From: an uncultured virus (IMG/VR IMGVR_UViG_2841629896_000001)
Taxonomy: Duplodnaviria > Heunggongvirae > Uroviricota > Caudoviricetes
Reading direction: 5' to 3' (one strand)
Length of the DNA: 64,000 bases
Virus record (IMG/VR): IMGVR_UViG_2841629896_000001
The first letter of the stretch is position 1; each line of letters opens with the position of its first letter. The notes beneath the pieces are model-generated. The model was not told where the DNA came from and made no database searches. It saw only the letters and a program-made list of their open reading frames with translations. This document shows, one piece after another, positions 49,346 through 58,890 of this stretch. Position numbers and translations under genes: made by a program.

Positions 49346-49969
49346 ATGAAACAAAGAACAGAAGAATGGTTTCAAGCCCGTCTAGGCAAAGTCACCGCAT
49401 CAAACGTTTATAATGTACTCAGTAAAACAGCGAGGGGAACCCCTACAAGCAAATATGAGAACTATAAAATCCAACTTATGACAGAGCGATTAGCAGAGAA
49501 AGTAAACCAGTTTTATACGACACCTGCTATGCAATGGGGCATTGAACATGAAGAAGATGCCCTAAAAGAATATGAATTCATTTATGACACGATTGTCACA
49601 AGATGCGGATTTATCGAACATCCCACAATCAAAATGGCTGGTGCAAGCCCTGATGGTTTTATTGGTGATGACGGTTTAGTTGAAGTCAAATGCCCGCAAA
49701 CAAATACTCACCTGCGCTTTTTTATAGATGACAATATAAAGCCCGAATATAGTGCGCAAATGCAGTTCCAAATGGCTTGCACTGGACGAAAATGGTGTGA
49801 TTTCATTAGCTATAATCCGCATTTTGTAGGCAAATCACTTCACTTGCGCATGAAAATCAAACGCATCTACCGTGATGAAGAACAAATTGAACAGATCAAT
49901 CAAGCGGTTGAAGTCTTTTTAGAGGAAATAGAGCAAGAGATGGAAAAGATCTCGACAAAAGCTGCATGA
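49346..49969 (+). CDS. YqaJ/lambda-exonuclease family
   Basis: QRTEEWFQARLGKVTAS, GASPDG, EVKCP. Confidence 0.92.
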   Translation: MKQRTEEWFQARLGKVTASNVYNVLSKTARGTPTSKYENYKIQLMTERLAEKVNQFYTTPAMQWGIEHEEDALKEYEFIYDTIVTRCGFIEHPTIKMAGASPDGFIGDDGLVEVKCPQTNTHLRFFIDDNIKPEYSAQMQFQMACTGRKWCDFISYNPHFVGKSLHLRMKIKRIYRDEEQIEQINQAVEVFLEEIEQEMEKISTKAA

Positions 49970-49975
49970 AGTTAT

Positions 49976-50003
49976 GGGGGTGCTCTCTCCTCCCAGCACC
50001 CCC
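49976..50003 (+). terminator. Hairpin after exonuclease; counterpart at 58848-58885
   Basis: gggggtgct...agcaccccc. Confidence 0.5.
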
Positions 50004-50051
50004 GCCTATTTATAATTATTCTCAACACTTAGATAATAAGGAAAGTTTTAA

Positions 50052-50318
50052 ATGAACGAAGAAAAATTAACTGCCTCAATAGAAAAAGTAAGCTTATTCG
50101 AACAAGCTTTACTGTCGATGCGTTTGCAACGGCTTGTCAATATACAAGATCTCTCAATTTATCTCGGAATGTCAATGACATATATTAGAGAGCTTGTAAA
50201 AATCGGAGCTTTTCCTAAGCCTATACAAGAAGGACGATACCTAAAATGGGATCTTGTTGAAATTGATCGTTATATTGAAGCTAAAAAAACTGAAAGAGAT
50301 TCTGTAGAATTGTCTTGA
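50052..50318 (+). CDS. AlpA/excisionase-like HTH protein
   Basis: YLGMSMTYIRELVKIGAFPKPI...KWDLVEIDRYI. Confidence 0.75.
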   Translation: MNEEKLTASIEKVSLFEQALLSMRLQRLVNIQDLSIYLGMSMTYIRELVKIGAFPKPIQEGRYLKWDLVEIDRYIEAKKTERDSVELS

Positions 50319-50394
50319 AGAAGTCCAAAGTAACGAACTGCTCGTAGAGACAGGTTAACAAAAATGACAGAAAATTATTGATAATAGCTTGATC

Positions 50395-50562
50395 ATGAAT
50401 AATTTAGTGACAATCGGTAATGATGGTATTGCCGTTAAGATCTCTTTAAAAATTACAGAGGGTGTGGGGAATAGCCACGCTACAGTTATAAAGCTTGTAC
50501 ATCAAAATATTGAAGACTTTCAAGAATTTGGAAGGGTTGGATTTGAAATCTCACCCTTTTGA
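50395..50562 (+). pseudogene. Truncated Rha-family fragment
   Basis: SLKITEGVGNSHATVIKLV...DFQEFGRVGFEI then stop. Confidence 0.6.
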
Positions 50563-50679
50563 AAAAAGGGTGTTCTATTTGCTGGAAGTTCAGTGACAAA
50601 TTTAAAAAATGGAGATAAGAAACATCAACAGGCTTTAAAGCCTTCTCATAGTCAATAAATCTATTAAAAAAGGGGAAAA

Positions 50680-51099
50680 ATGAAACAAACTTTAAAATTA
50701 TTAAGCTGCATAGCTTTATTAAATATGGCTGGATGTAACTCAAAGCCTCCTTCAACATCCTTTGTTATATGGGAAAAGCCAGGTGTAAACTCTACTGAGG
50801 TAGGAAACGCACTATTAGAGTGTGGTGCGCTATCTCCTTATAGTAGCGGTATAGACAATAGCAAATTAGGCATTCATGAATGGTCGATGATTCATGCTTG
50901 TATGATCCAATCAGGATTTCACTATAAAATTAAAGATGGGAAATGGTGTGAAAATTGTAAAGATGATAGGATTCCGGTATATTCTCTTAATAGTTCTATC
51001 AAGACTCAAAGAAGTGTTGAGAAACGCTTAAACAGCTCGTTTTGTAAAAACGACGGTATAATAAAACTTCTCAATATCAACACTCCGTTTTGCCATTGA
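50680..51099 (+). CDS. Cys-containing lipoprotein
   Basis: Signal peptide ending MAGC; ALLECG, CMIQSGF. Confidence 0.7.
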   Translation: MKQTLKLLSCIALLNMAGCNSKPPSTSFVIWEKPGVNSTEVGNALLECGALSPYSSGIDNSKLGIHEWSMIHACMIQSGFHYKIKDGKWCENCKDDRIPVYSLNSSIKTQRSVEKRLNSSFCKNDGIIKLLNINTPFCH

Positions 51100-51172
51100 T
51101 CATCAACAATCAAAATACTGTATGGGATAGTAATAGCTTATATGCGAACAGATTTTTGGGAACAATGACATA

Positions 51173-51216
51173 CCCTTATGGAACAGTGGGCTGCCCCTTA
51201 TGGAACAGTGGGCTGC
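51173..51216 (+). repeat. Perfect 22-bp tandem duplication
   Basis: cccttatggaacagtgggctgc x2. Confidence 0.9.
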
Positions 51217-51234
51217 ATTTATAACAGGAGCGAC

Positions 51235-51511
51235 TTGACAGGCTTATAACAATGTGTCTATTGTCGAATCAGGTGCCTGAAAAACACCTTGAATCGATAG
51301 CGGATAGATTGCCGAAACAATCTTTTCTCCGCACATTAAAGGCTTTGACTCATTGTATGCTACACGCATATAATGACTTTGTCGGGTGTGGTTATGCTAT
51401 ACAATACCTTTTATAGGGAAAGCGTGACGACGGACTATCGACCGTGTTTTTCAGCACCCGGCATCCTTTGTTGGATGTCAATGAAAAATCTCTAATCGAT
51501 AGGAGTTCGTT
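51235..51511 (+). promoter_or_regulatory. Tandem promoters with a/b target sites, cassette 5
   Basis: TTGACA 51235; TTGACT-N18-TATAAT; TCGATAG upstream and over the SD. Confidence 0.75.
51381..51462 (+). ncRNA. C4-like antisense RNA, copy 5 (b'=CUAUCGA, a'=GUUUUUCA)
   Basis: Same fold and covarying loops. Confidence 0.82.
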
Positions 51512-52042
51512 ATGAACACACTTATAGAAATTAAAGAACAAATCATTGATCAGGAAACTGTTCAGACAGTAAACGCGCGCGAATTGCATACGTTTTTGGC
51601 AATAGGAAAACGTTTTGCGACTTGGATTACGAACCGCATTAATCAGTATGCATTTGAAGAAGGAAAGGACTATATTTTAACGCTTCCCAAAATTGGGAAA
51701 CGTAAAAATGTTATCAGCAAAGAATATCACCTTACCTTAGATATGGCCAAAGAGCTCTCAATGGTTGAACGCAATGAGAAAGGTAGACTGGCTCGTCGTT
51801 ACTTTATTGAGTGTGAGAAAAAGTTAAAAAGCCAATCTGTTGATTATGACCATGATACGCGCTTTGATTTGCCAAGCCATTGGGAGGGTATGAGTGCTGG
51901 TGAAAAAGCTTTGTATCTTTTAGGTCCTATTCATGTTCGTCTTATTGATGCTTTTAGAGTGGATGAAGAGAACAGAAAATATAAAGCCCTCATTAAAGAA
52001 GTAAAGCAGGTTTTAGCAAGATCTGTCGTAAAAGCAGCTTAG
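51512..52042 (+). CDS. AntA/AntB antirepressor-like protein with a different C-terminus, cassette 5
   Basis: VNARELHTFL...LTLDMAKELSMVER; no KilAC domain. Confidence 0.85.
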   Translation: MNTLIEIKEQIIDQETVQTVNARELHTFLAIGKRFATWITNRINQYAFEEGKDYILTLPKIGKRKNVISKEYHLTLDMAKELSMVERNEKGRLARRYFIECEKKLKSQSVDYDHDTRFDLPSHWEGMSAGEKALYLLGPIHVRLIDAFRVDEENRKYKALIKEVKQVLARSVVKAA

Positions 52043-52291
52043 TTTGTAGAATTGATTCTATTTCCTCGTCTTTTATGGCGGGGAGGGGAATTGGGGAGTC
52101 GAAGCAAAACATGGTATGGTGATTTAGTTCCAAAATATGCTTCAAAAAAGCAGCAATGATTCGTATTTTAGTACTATCTCAATACCATCTGATAGCGTTA
52201 TGATAGGGTTTTAAAAGGTGGTTTAGAAGGTGGTTTAATTTTTTCTAATTTCTAATAAATTACTGAAAAATAAGGGGAAATCCACATACCG

Positions 52292-52377
52292 TGGTGCGGA
52301 CGGCGGGACTTGAACCCGCAAGGTCTTCGACCGGCAGATTTTAAGTCTGCTATGTTTACCGTTTTCATCACGTCCGC
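52292..52377 (-). tRNA. tRNA-Leu(TAA)
   Basis: GCGGACG...GCAGA-CTTAAAA-TCTGC, long variable arm, GGTTCAAGTCC, CCA end. Confidence 0.95.
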
Positions 52378-52526
52378 GACGAGAGTTCTCTCATAAGCTA
52401 TATCTTTTATTGAATCAAGAATTAATGACAAAAGAAAAAATTTTCACTTTTTTTTCGTGAAATTTTGACTGACAATATTTTTTTTTATCGCTAGAAGAAG
52501 CCTGTATAATATAAATAAAGCATGAA

Positions 52527-53804
52527 ATGATCAGTGTTATGAGTAAATTTATTCAAGATGTCACAAAAGCTATGGTGGGATTACATCACGTGTTTGCTGA
52601 AACCCCCCTTCAAAGAAATGATTTTCTAAGCCAAAAATATGATGCAGAAATTTATTTGAAGCGTGAAGATTTAACACCGGTGCGGTCTTATAAGATTCGT
52701 GGTGCTTTCAATTTTGTTTCAGAAATGTTGAGCAGTATATCGTCAGATTCTGCATTTGTGTGTGCTTCAGCAGGGAATCACGCACAAGGGGTTTCTTTTG
52801 TTTGTCGTTATTTTAAACGTAAAGGCGTGATTTTTATGCCTATGACAACGCCACAACAGAAAATTGAGAAGACACGTATTTTTGGTGAAGAGTTTATTGA
52901 TATTCGTTTGGTTGGTGAAACATTTGATCAATGTTATGAAGCTGCGCAATCTTTTGTCGTCGAGAACGGTGGTGTGATGGCTCCTCCGTTTGATGATATT
53001 CGCATTATTACGGGGCAAGCAACTGTGCTCTGTGAAGCTGCTTTGCAATGGAAAAAACTCAATGGAGAAAGTGAACCAGATTTAATGATTGTGCCGGTAG
53101 GGGGAGGTGGTTTGGCAAGTGGGATAAGCAAGTTCTTACGGGAATATGGTTGGAATACAAAGCTTCGTTTTGTTGAGCCCCAAAGAGCTGCAAGCTTGCT
53201 TGCTTGTTTGGAGAGTGGAAAAAGGGTCAAACTAGAAAATATTGATACTTTTGTAGATGGGGCTGCGGTGGCTGAAATTGGTGCACTAAACTATACAATT
53301 TTAAAGCATTTTTCTCCTGATTCTGTCATTACGGTTCCTGAAAATCGCGTTTGTTCTACGATGGTTGAAATGCTTAATGTAGAAGGTGTGGTTCTTGAAC
53401 CAGCTGGTGCTTTATCGATTGATGCGCTTAACAGTATTCCATCTCAAGAGTTGAGCGGTAAAAAAATTATTCTCGTTATTTCAGGAGGTAATTTTGATTT
53501 TGAGCGTTTGCCAGAGATTAAAGAGCGTTCTTTACGTTTCCAAGGCTTGAGAAAATATTTTATTTTTAGTTTTCCGCAGCATCCTGGTGCATTGCGTCAT
53601 TTTCTTTCCACATTATCACCGGATGATGATATTGTGCGCTTTGAATATTTTAAAAAATCAGCGAGAAATTTTGGTTCTGTATTGGTTGCGATTGAAACAA
53701 AAAAATACGACAATTTTCGTCTCTTAGAAGAAAAATTTCAAGCGTTAGGTTGGCGCTATCGTGATATTACGGATGATCAAACATTATTTGATTTTGTTAT
53801 TTGA
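52527..53804 (+). CDS. ilvA: Threonine dehydratase (biosynthetic)
   Basis: LKREDL.PVRSYKIRGA, ASAGNHAQG, VGGGGL, C-terminal regulatory domain. Confidence 0.95.
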   Translation: MISVMSKFIQDVTKAMVGLHHVFAETPLQRNDFLSQKYDAEIYLKREDLTPVRSYKIRGAFNFVSEMLSSISSDSAFVCASAGNHAQGVSFVCRYFKRKGVIFMPMTTPQQKIEKTRIFGEEFIDIRLVGETFDQCYEAAQSFVVENGGVMAPPFDDIRIITGQATVLCEAALQWKKLNGESEPDLMIVPVGGGGLASGISKFLREYGWNTKLRFVEPQRAASLLACLESGKRVKLENIDTFVDGAAVAEIGALNYTILKHFSPDSVITVPENRVCSTMVEMLNVEGVVLEPAGALSIDALNSIPSQELSGKKIILVISGGNFDFERLPEIKERSLRFQGLRKYFIFSFPQHPGALRHFLSTLSPDDDIVRFEYFKKSARNFGSVLVAIETKKYDNFRLLEEKFQALGWRYRDITDDQTLFDFVI

Positions 53805-53839
53805 AAAATTGAAATTTTACTAAAACAAGAAGTGTAAAA

Positions 53840-54370
53840 ATGAAATCTATTTTTTATTTTGTACTGAGTCTGTTTTTCTTCTTGATTGTTCATCAACAGA
53901 GTTTAGCATCTCAGCCAACAGCACTCCAAAAAACTGAACTTTCAGGAATAGTTGTTGATGTTAATGCTGCTATAAAAAGTGGCGATTTTTCGCTTATATC
54001 TCATTATATGCCGGAGCGACTTTATAAAGAGATGGCACGTCGATTAAATACAACTGAGGATGCTTTACGGGGTAATTTTCTTCAACAGCTGCAGAAGCAA
54101 TTTGAAAACTTGCCTTCTGGTGCTTATTGTTTAGATAAAGAAAATATTGAGTATTTTCAAACAGATAACGGTAATTTATATGCTCTAATTCCAACGGTCC
54201 TTGAGATGAAGGATCGCATTATTCAATATAAAACTTTGGCGATTTTTGATAAAACCCAATGGTATTTAATTTATGGCGGTCAAAAAACTTTACAAAATCC
54301 AGTTTTTCTCGAGATTTATCCTGATTTTATTAAGGTACATTTACCGATGGAGACAATCATCAAGAAATAA
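53840..54370 (+). CDS. Exported hypothetical protein
   Basis: N-terminal signal peptide. Confidence 0.7.
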   Translation: MKSIFYFVLSLFFFLIVHQQSLASQPTALQKTELSGIVVDVNAAIKSGDFSLISHYMPERLYKEMARRLNTTEDALRGNFLQQLQKQFENLPSGAYCLDKENIEYFQTDNGNLYALIPTVLEMKDRIIQYKTLAIFDKTQWYLIYGGQKTLQNPVFLEIYPDFIKVHLPMETIIKK

Positions 54371-54618
54371 ATGATTTAAATATTTTTTGTCGCGATAAAT
54401 GTATTTCGTAAAGTCCTTGCTTTTTTATCATAATCCAAGGATAATAAAGATGAAGGTATTTAAGTTAGTGTATTAGCTTTTGGGAAAATTATATGCCTTT
54501 GCCTTGATTCCAAGGTGCTCATGGGTTGCGCAGGTCGCTTTTTAAGTGTTGCTTCGTTTAAAATATCAAGGATTTCTCTTGCGCGGATTCTTGAGTGGAG
54601 AGTTCAGCTGGTGATTGA

Positions 54619-56034
54619 GTGAAAGTTGTTCAGCTGAGGGAAGTTTTTATTTTGCCTATAAAAAAAGAAGATGTTTTTACAAAGTTAGGTTTGCCTGCTC
54701 TTTTGATTAAGAATTTACGCATTTCTGGGATGAGTAAACCTAAACCTATACAAGAACAAGCTATTCCAATGATGTTGAAAGGACACGATATTTTAGGGAT
54801 TGCACAGACAGGTTCTGGAAAAACCTTGGCATTTGGTTTGCCTATTTTAAGTCAAATTTTAACTTTGGGTGACAAACGCTGTCCTAAAACTGCACGTGCT
54901 TTGATTTTAGCGCCAACCCGTGAACTTGCTGTTCAGATTGACGAAGCAATTCGCACTGTGGCGAAGGGAGCGCATCTTTCGACGTGTCTTATTTTTGGGG
55001 GAGTATCACGTTTAAAACAAATTAAACGTATGGAAGCAGGTGTGGATGTTTTGATAGCCACTCCAGGGCGTTTGAGAGATCTTGTTCGTGAAAAATGTGT
55101 TGATCTTTCTCAATCTCGTTTTTTGATTTTGGATGAAGCAGATCGTATGTTGGATATGGGGTTTATTCATGACGTTAAGCAAATTGCAAAGCTTTTGCAT
55201 CAAGAGCGTCAGACAGCCCTTTTTTCTGCGACAATGCCGAAAGAAATTGCTGCGCTTGCAAAGTGTTTACTCAATGATCCAGTTAAGATTGAAGTTGCTC
55301 CTCAAGGTACTACAGCTTTAGAGATTACCCAGAAATTATATTGTGTTCCTACCAGTGAAAAAAAGAATGTTTTAAGTAAACTTTTGACAAATCCAGCTTT
55401 TAATTCGGTTATTGTTTTTACTCGAACGAAACATGGGGCTGATGCTGTCACACGTCATTTAGCAAAGAACGGCTATTTAGTTGCAACAATTCATGGGAAT
55501 AAATCACAAGGTGCTCGCCAATCTGCTTTAAAAGCTTTTCGGGAAAGATCGGTCCAGATCCTTGTTGCAACAGATATTGCGGCACGCGGTATTGATATAC
55601 CAAGAATAAGCCACGTTATTAATTATGATTTACCAGATGAAGCTGAAAGTTATGTGCATCGTATTGGTCGGACAGGACGCAATGGTGAATCGGGTGAAGC
55701 ACTTACGCTTTTTGATGAAAAAATTGAAAGGACACGGTTGCGTGCCATAGAGCGCTTGATTCGTATGAAATTGGTGTCTGACTCTGTTCCAGAACAATTT
55801 GCAGCATTTCCAGAAAAGCTCAATGGGCTCCAAAGTGGAGAAAAAGAAAACAATAAAGAACGCCGTTTAAAAAAATCTAAACGTCAGAGACGGTTTTTAG
55901 GTCGAAAAGATGATGCTGCACAGTTACAGCGGAAGAATTCTTCCTCTCCAAATGAGAGGCATAAAAAGGCAAAAGCAGCGGCAAAGCGTGCAAAGGCTTT
56001 TCGTTTTCGCAAGTCAGTCAAGAAAGCGGCTTAA
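54619..56034 (+). CDS. DEAD-box RNA helicase (RhlE-like); start uncertain
   Basis: AQTGSGKT, PTRELA, DEAD, SAT, HRIGRTGR. Confidence 0.95.
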   Translation: MKVVQLREVFILPIKKEDVFTKLGLPALLIKNLRISGMSKPKPIQEQAIPMMLKGHDILGIAQTGSGKTLAFGLPILSQILTLGDKRCPKTARALILAPTRELAVQIDEAIRTVAKGAHLSTCLIFGGVSRLKQIKRMEAGVDVLIATPGRLRDLVREKCVDLSQSRFLILDEADRMLDMGFIHDVKQIAKLLHQERQTALFSATMPKEIAALAKCLLNDPVKIEVAPQGTTALEITQKLYCVPTSEKKNVLSKLLTNPAFNSVIVFTRTKHGADAVTRHLAKNGYLVATIHGNKSQGARQSALKAFRERSVQILVATDIAARGIDIPRISHVINYDLPDEAESYVHRIGRTGRNGESGEALTLFDEKIERTRLRAIERLIRMKLVSDSVPEQFAAFPEKLNGLQSGEKENNKERRLKKSKRQRRFLGRKDDAAQLQRKNSSSPNERHKKAKAAAKRAKAFRFRKSVKKAA

Positions 56035-57398
56035 ATAAAATCTTGAAAAGAGATTATGTCTTGAGAGTTTTTTACTTTTATCGATTTTTTTTCAATTAAA
56101 AAGAGACATACAACATTCTTGCTAAAACAAGAGAGGTCTTCAAAGGTTTTCATTTTTTAGAAATGGGAACCTTTGGATGTTTGGACTGATTTAAAAATCT
56201 TTTGAAAAAAAGTTTTATTGTAGAGATGATTATTCATTTGCTTTATTCCCATTTTTAAAAATAGGGATAAAGATCAATTTTATTGATATAAAAGATGCAT
56301 TTTATCGTTCATGATAACTTTTAATTTAACAATTTTATTATCTCATAATAACTGATTGTTTTATATATTAAATAATCTACTTCTATTGTAAAATTCTCTC
56401 ATTTTGAATCTGTTTATATTGATCTCTTAAAACTATTTGTTTGCATGTTACAAACGAGATTGCTGTATGGATAAAACATTTAAGAAATCAATAAAATGAT
56501 TCTTATAACCTATTGCAAAAAAGGAATATTTTTAATATTGAGTGTTAGAAAATAGCATGAAGGTATGGCTTTTATTGTAGGTCAAAGATGTTGCTCATCA
56601 ATGGATTTTATTTTAACCATTTATGGAAGCCATGGTAAAAAGGCTTGGGGGATTTAAGGGATGTCTCTTTAAATATGGTGTAGATGCACAATACAATGGA
56701 GACAATGAAGAAAACACCTATGATTTGTTGAAGGTTTTCACAGGATTCTCATCAACTTAGATTGCTATATTGTTTGTGCTGTAAAACACTCTCGTTTAGG
56801 GACGTTATATAAAGCCCATAACACTTTTACGCGCTTAGTGTTTTTATGACAGTATAAGAAATATTCACGGCAAGGCTGTTTTTAGAATTTATGAAGTGAT
56901 TAAGTAGGAGAAACCCATGAGAGTAAGAAACTGGACTTTATTACAGACTTTTCGGTTGGGAGTTTCTGCTTTCAAGGTAGGGAGGAAGTATGAGGTGTAG
57001 GGAGATAATATAGATGATTTTGATTATGTTTTCCCGTTTTTCAAAATGATTGTTTCAAGAGTAGATTTTTGAGTTTAATTGTTTTATTGAGTAAAAATCA
57101 TTTTTGGATTGGAAAACAAAGTTTATGCGAAATCTTTTTCATTACTGGTGGTGTTTAATAATTTTCTCTCGTGAAAGAAGTAATTATTTCAAATTAACTA
57201 ATAAGAAAAAAACTTGTGCAATCTCTTTCCCTTTAAAATGAATCAATCATTTTCGCGTTCATTGCAAAAAATACATCCCGTAGGACATTGCATTTCTACT
57301 TTATTGCAAAAATCCTCTTTCCTCACTTTTATTAACAAATCTCTCATGTTTAAAAAGTGTTAGCAAAAACGATAAACTATACGGGATAAAAAAAGAAG

Positions 57399-57413
57399 TG
57401 GCTCCCCGGGCCG
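57399..57413 (-). repeat. att core of prophage 2: displaced tRNA-Asn-like 3' end
   Basis: Minus strand reads CGGCCCGGGGAGCCA, about 90 bp past the integrase stop. Confidence 0.7.
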
Positions 57414-57504
57414 TTCTAATCGATTTTAATAAAATTAACATATTAACAAAATATAAGGGAATATTGTAGGTATTGTTTTTTTTAAGTTTTTTTTGCTTCT
57501 ATCC

Positions 57505-58548
57505 CTAACTTTTTTGGAGCTTTTTTATAGCTTCAAGAGCTAATCTTTTACGATCTGCGCTCTTTGTATAAAGAGATGCCATTTTATCTTCTGTCCAGCC
57601 AAAAATTGCTTTCAATTGTGAAACTGTTGCACCAGAGTTAGCTGCGCGTGTGGCTGCTAATTTTCTCAATCCATGGGCTGATTTTTTAATACCTGCTGTA
57701 TTACATGCTTCACGAAACAGGTTGCCAAAACTTTCTTTTACGAGCTTATTTCCATTTTTCCCGCAAATGAATGTTTCATTTCCAATAGGACCAATTTTAA
57801 GGGTTTCTGTTAATTCAGGCAAAATGGGTAGAAAAACATCTGTTTTAAATTGGCTCTTTTCTGTTTTCAGATGAATGATATTATCATTAACATCTTTCCA
57901 ACCAATGCGAACGGCATCACCACGGCGTAAGCCCGTATACAAAAGAACATCAATCCAAACCCGTTCATGGGTACCATGTGACCAGCGTTGGTAATATTTC
58001 TCAACATCATCTTCTGTCCAAACAGCGAATCCGTCTTTATTGCTAAGAGCTGGTCTTTTTACTCCTATTGTTGGATTATTTTCCAAAAGTCCTTGGTCAA
58101 TTGCCCAATTAAAAAGCCCATTAAGAGCTTTCAAAAAATTTTGAGCAGCTGATGGTGTTTCTTTACGCCGTTCAACACCGGCTATAATATGTTTTTTTTC
58201 AATTGCTTTGTATGGAATATTTCCTATGCTATCGCATACCTTCATAAGAATGAGTTCTTTTTGTCTTTTCGTAGCTTTAGCAAGGCTATGCCAATTGACG
58301 CTATTAAAATATTGTTTAAGCAGCCATGCAAATGACCCTTCAATCAGTTTTCCGGTTTTAGGTTTTGGAGGGATTATGCCTTGTAATTCGGCAAGTGCGC
58401 TTTTGTAGTTATCAACAAACTCTTGCGTTCCATAGGTTCCGCGTATTCGAATACGTTTTCCATGACCAATACGTACATACCATATGATTTTGTTATGGCG
58501 TGTGACTTCTTTTAGAAGATAGGGGGGGCGTGGTTTTGGCATGATCAA
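57505..58548 (-). CDS. Tyrosine integrase
   Basis: YTGLRRGD, HGLRK, GW...Y catalytic residues. Confidence 0.93.
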   Translation of the reverse strand: MIMPKPRPPYLLKEVTRHNKIIWYVRIGHGKRIRIRGTYGTQEFVDNYKSALAELQGIIPPKPKTGKLIEGSFAWLLKQYFNSVNWHSLAKATKRQKELILMKVCDSIGNIPYKAIEKKHIIAGVERRKETPSAAQNFLKALNGLFNWAIDQGLLENNPTIGVKRPALSNKDGFAVWTEDDVEKYYQRWSHGTHERVWIDVLLYTGLRRGDAVRIGWKDVNDNIIHLKTEKSQFKTDVFLPILPELTETLKIGPIGNETFICGKNGNKLVKESFGNLFREACNTAGIKKSAHGLRKLAATRAANSGATVSQLKAIFGWTEDKMASLYTKSADRKRLALEAIKKLQKS

Positions 58549-58550
58549 TT

Positions 58551-58769
58551 TTACATCTTAGAGAGTGCGATTTCGTAATATTCATTCTTTGACAAATCTA
58601 AAAGTGTGTCTGGGTGGCTAACGGAATTTAGTCTTGGAATATCTGCTTTAAGATAGATAAGCAGTTCACCGGTAGGTTTGATTTCTATGAGTTCGCAGCC
58701 TTGCTTTTTTGCTTCTTTTAAAGCGCGTGCAATGTCTGCTTGCGTTATGATAGCTTTACGAGGCGCCAT
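58551..58769 (-). CDS. Excisionase-position small protein
   Basis: ITQADIARALKEA; directly upstream of int. Confidence 0.55.
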   Translation of the reverse strand: MAPRKAIITQADIARALKEAKKQGCELIEIKPTGELLIYLKADIPRLNSVSHPDTLLDLSKNEYYEIALSKM

Positions 58770-58890
58770 ATCTCTTCTCCTTACATTGAGACGCAATTCA
58801 CTCGTGTGGTGAGTCACGAATTGATTAAAAATTGTTAGGAAAGGGTGGGGGTGCTAGGAGGCGTTGGTGAGGATAAGCACCCCCATAGTT

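Larger units (their letters stand above)
1..52291. mobile_element. Prophage 1: lambda-like head plus P2-like contractile tail, many morons; left end not in window
   Basis: Contiguous lysis, tail, baseplate, head, terminase, replication, repressor and recombination genes ending at the 3' end of tRNA-Leu. Confidence 0.9.

Noticed and set aside
5900..51511. CRISPR, DGR or invertible-element reading of the repeated leaders
   Set aside because: Repeats are dispersed rather than arrayed, there is no cas, reverse transcriptase or invertase, and variation is compensatory rather than adenine-specific
56035..57398. 1.4-kb ORF-free AT-rich spacer
   Set aside because: No RNA gene, repeat array or identifiable pseudogene that I can support
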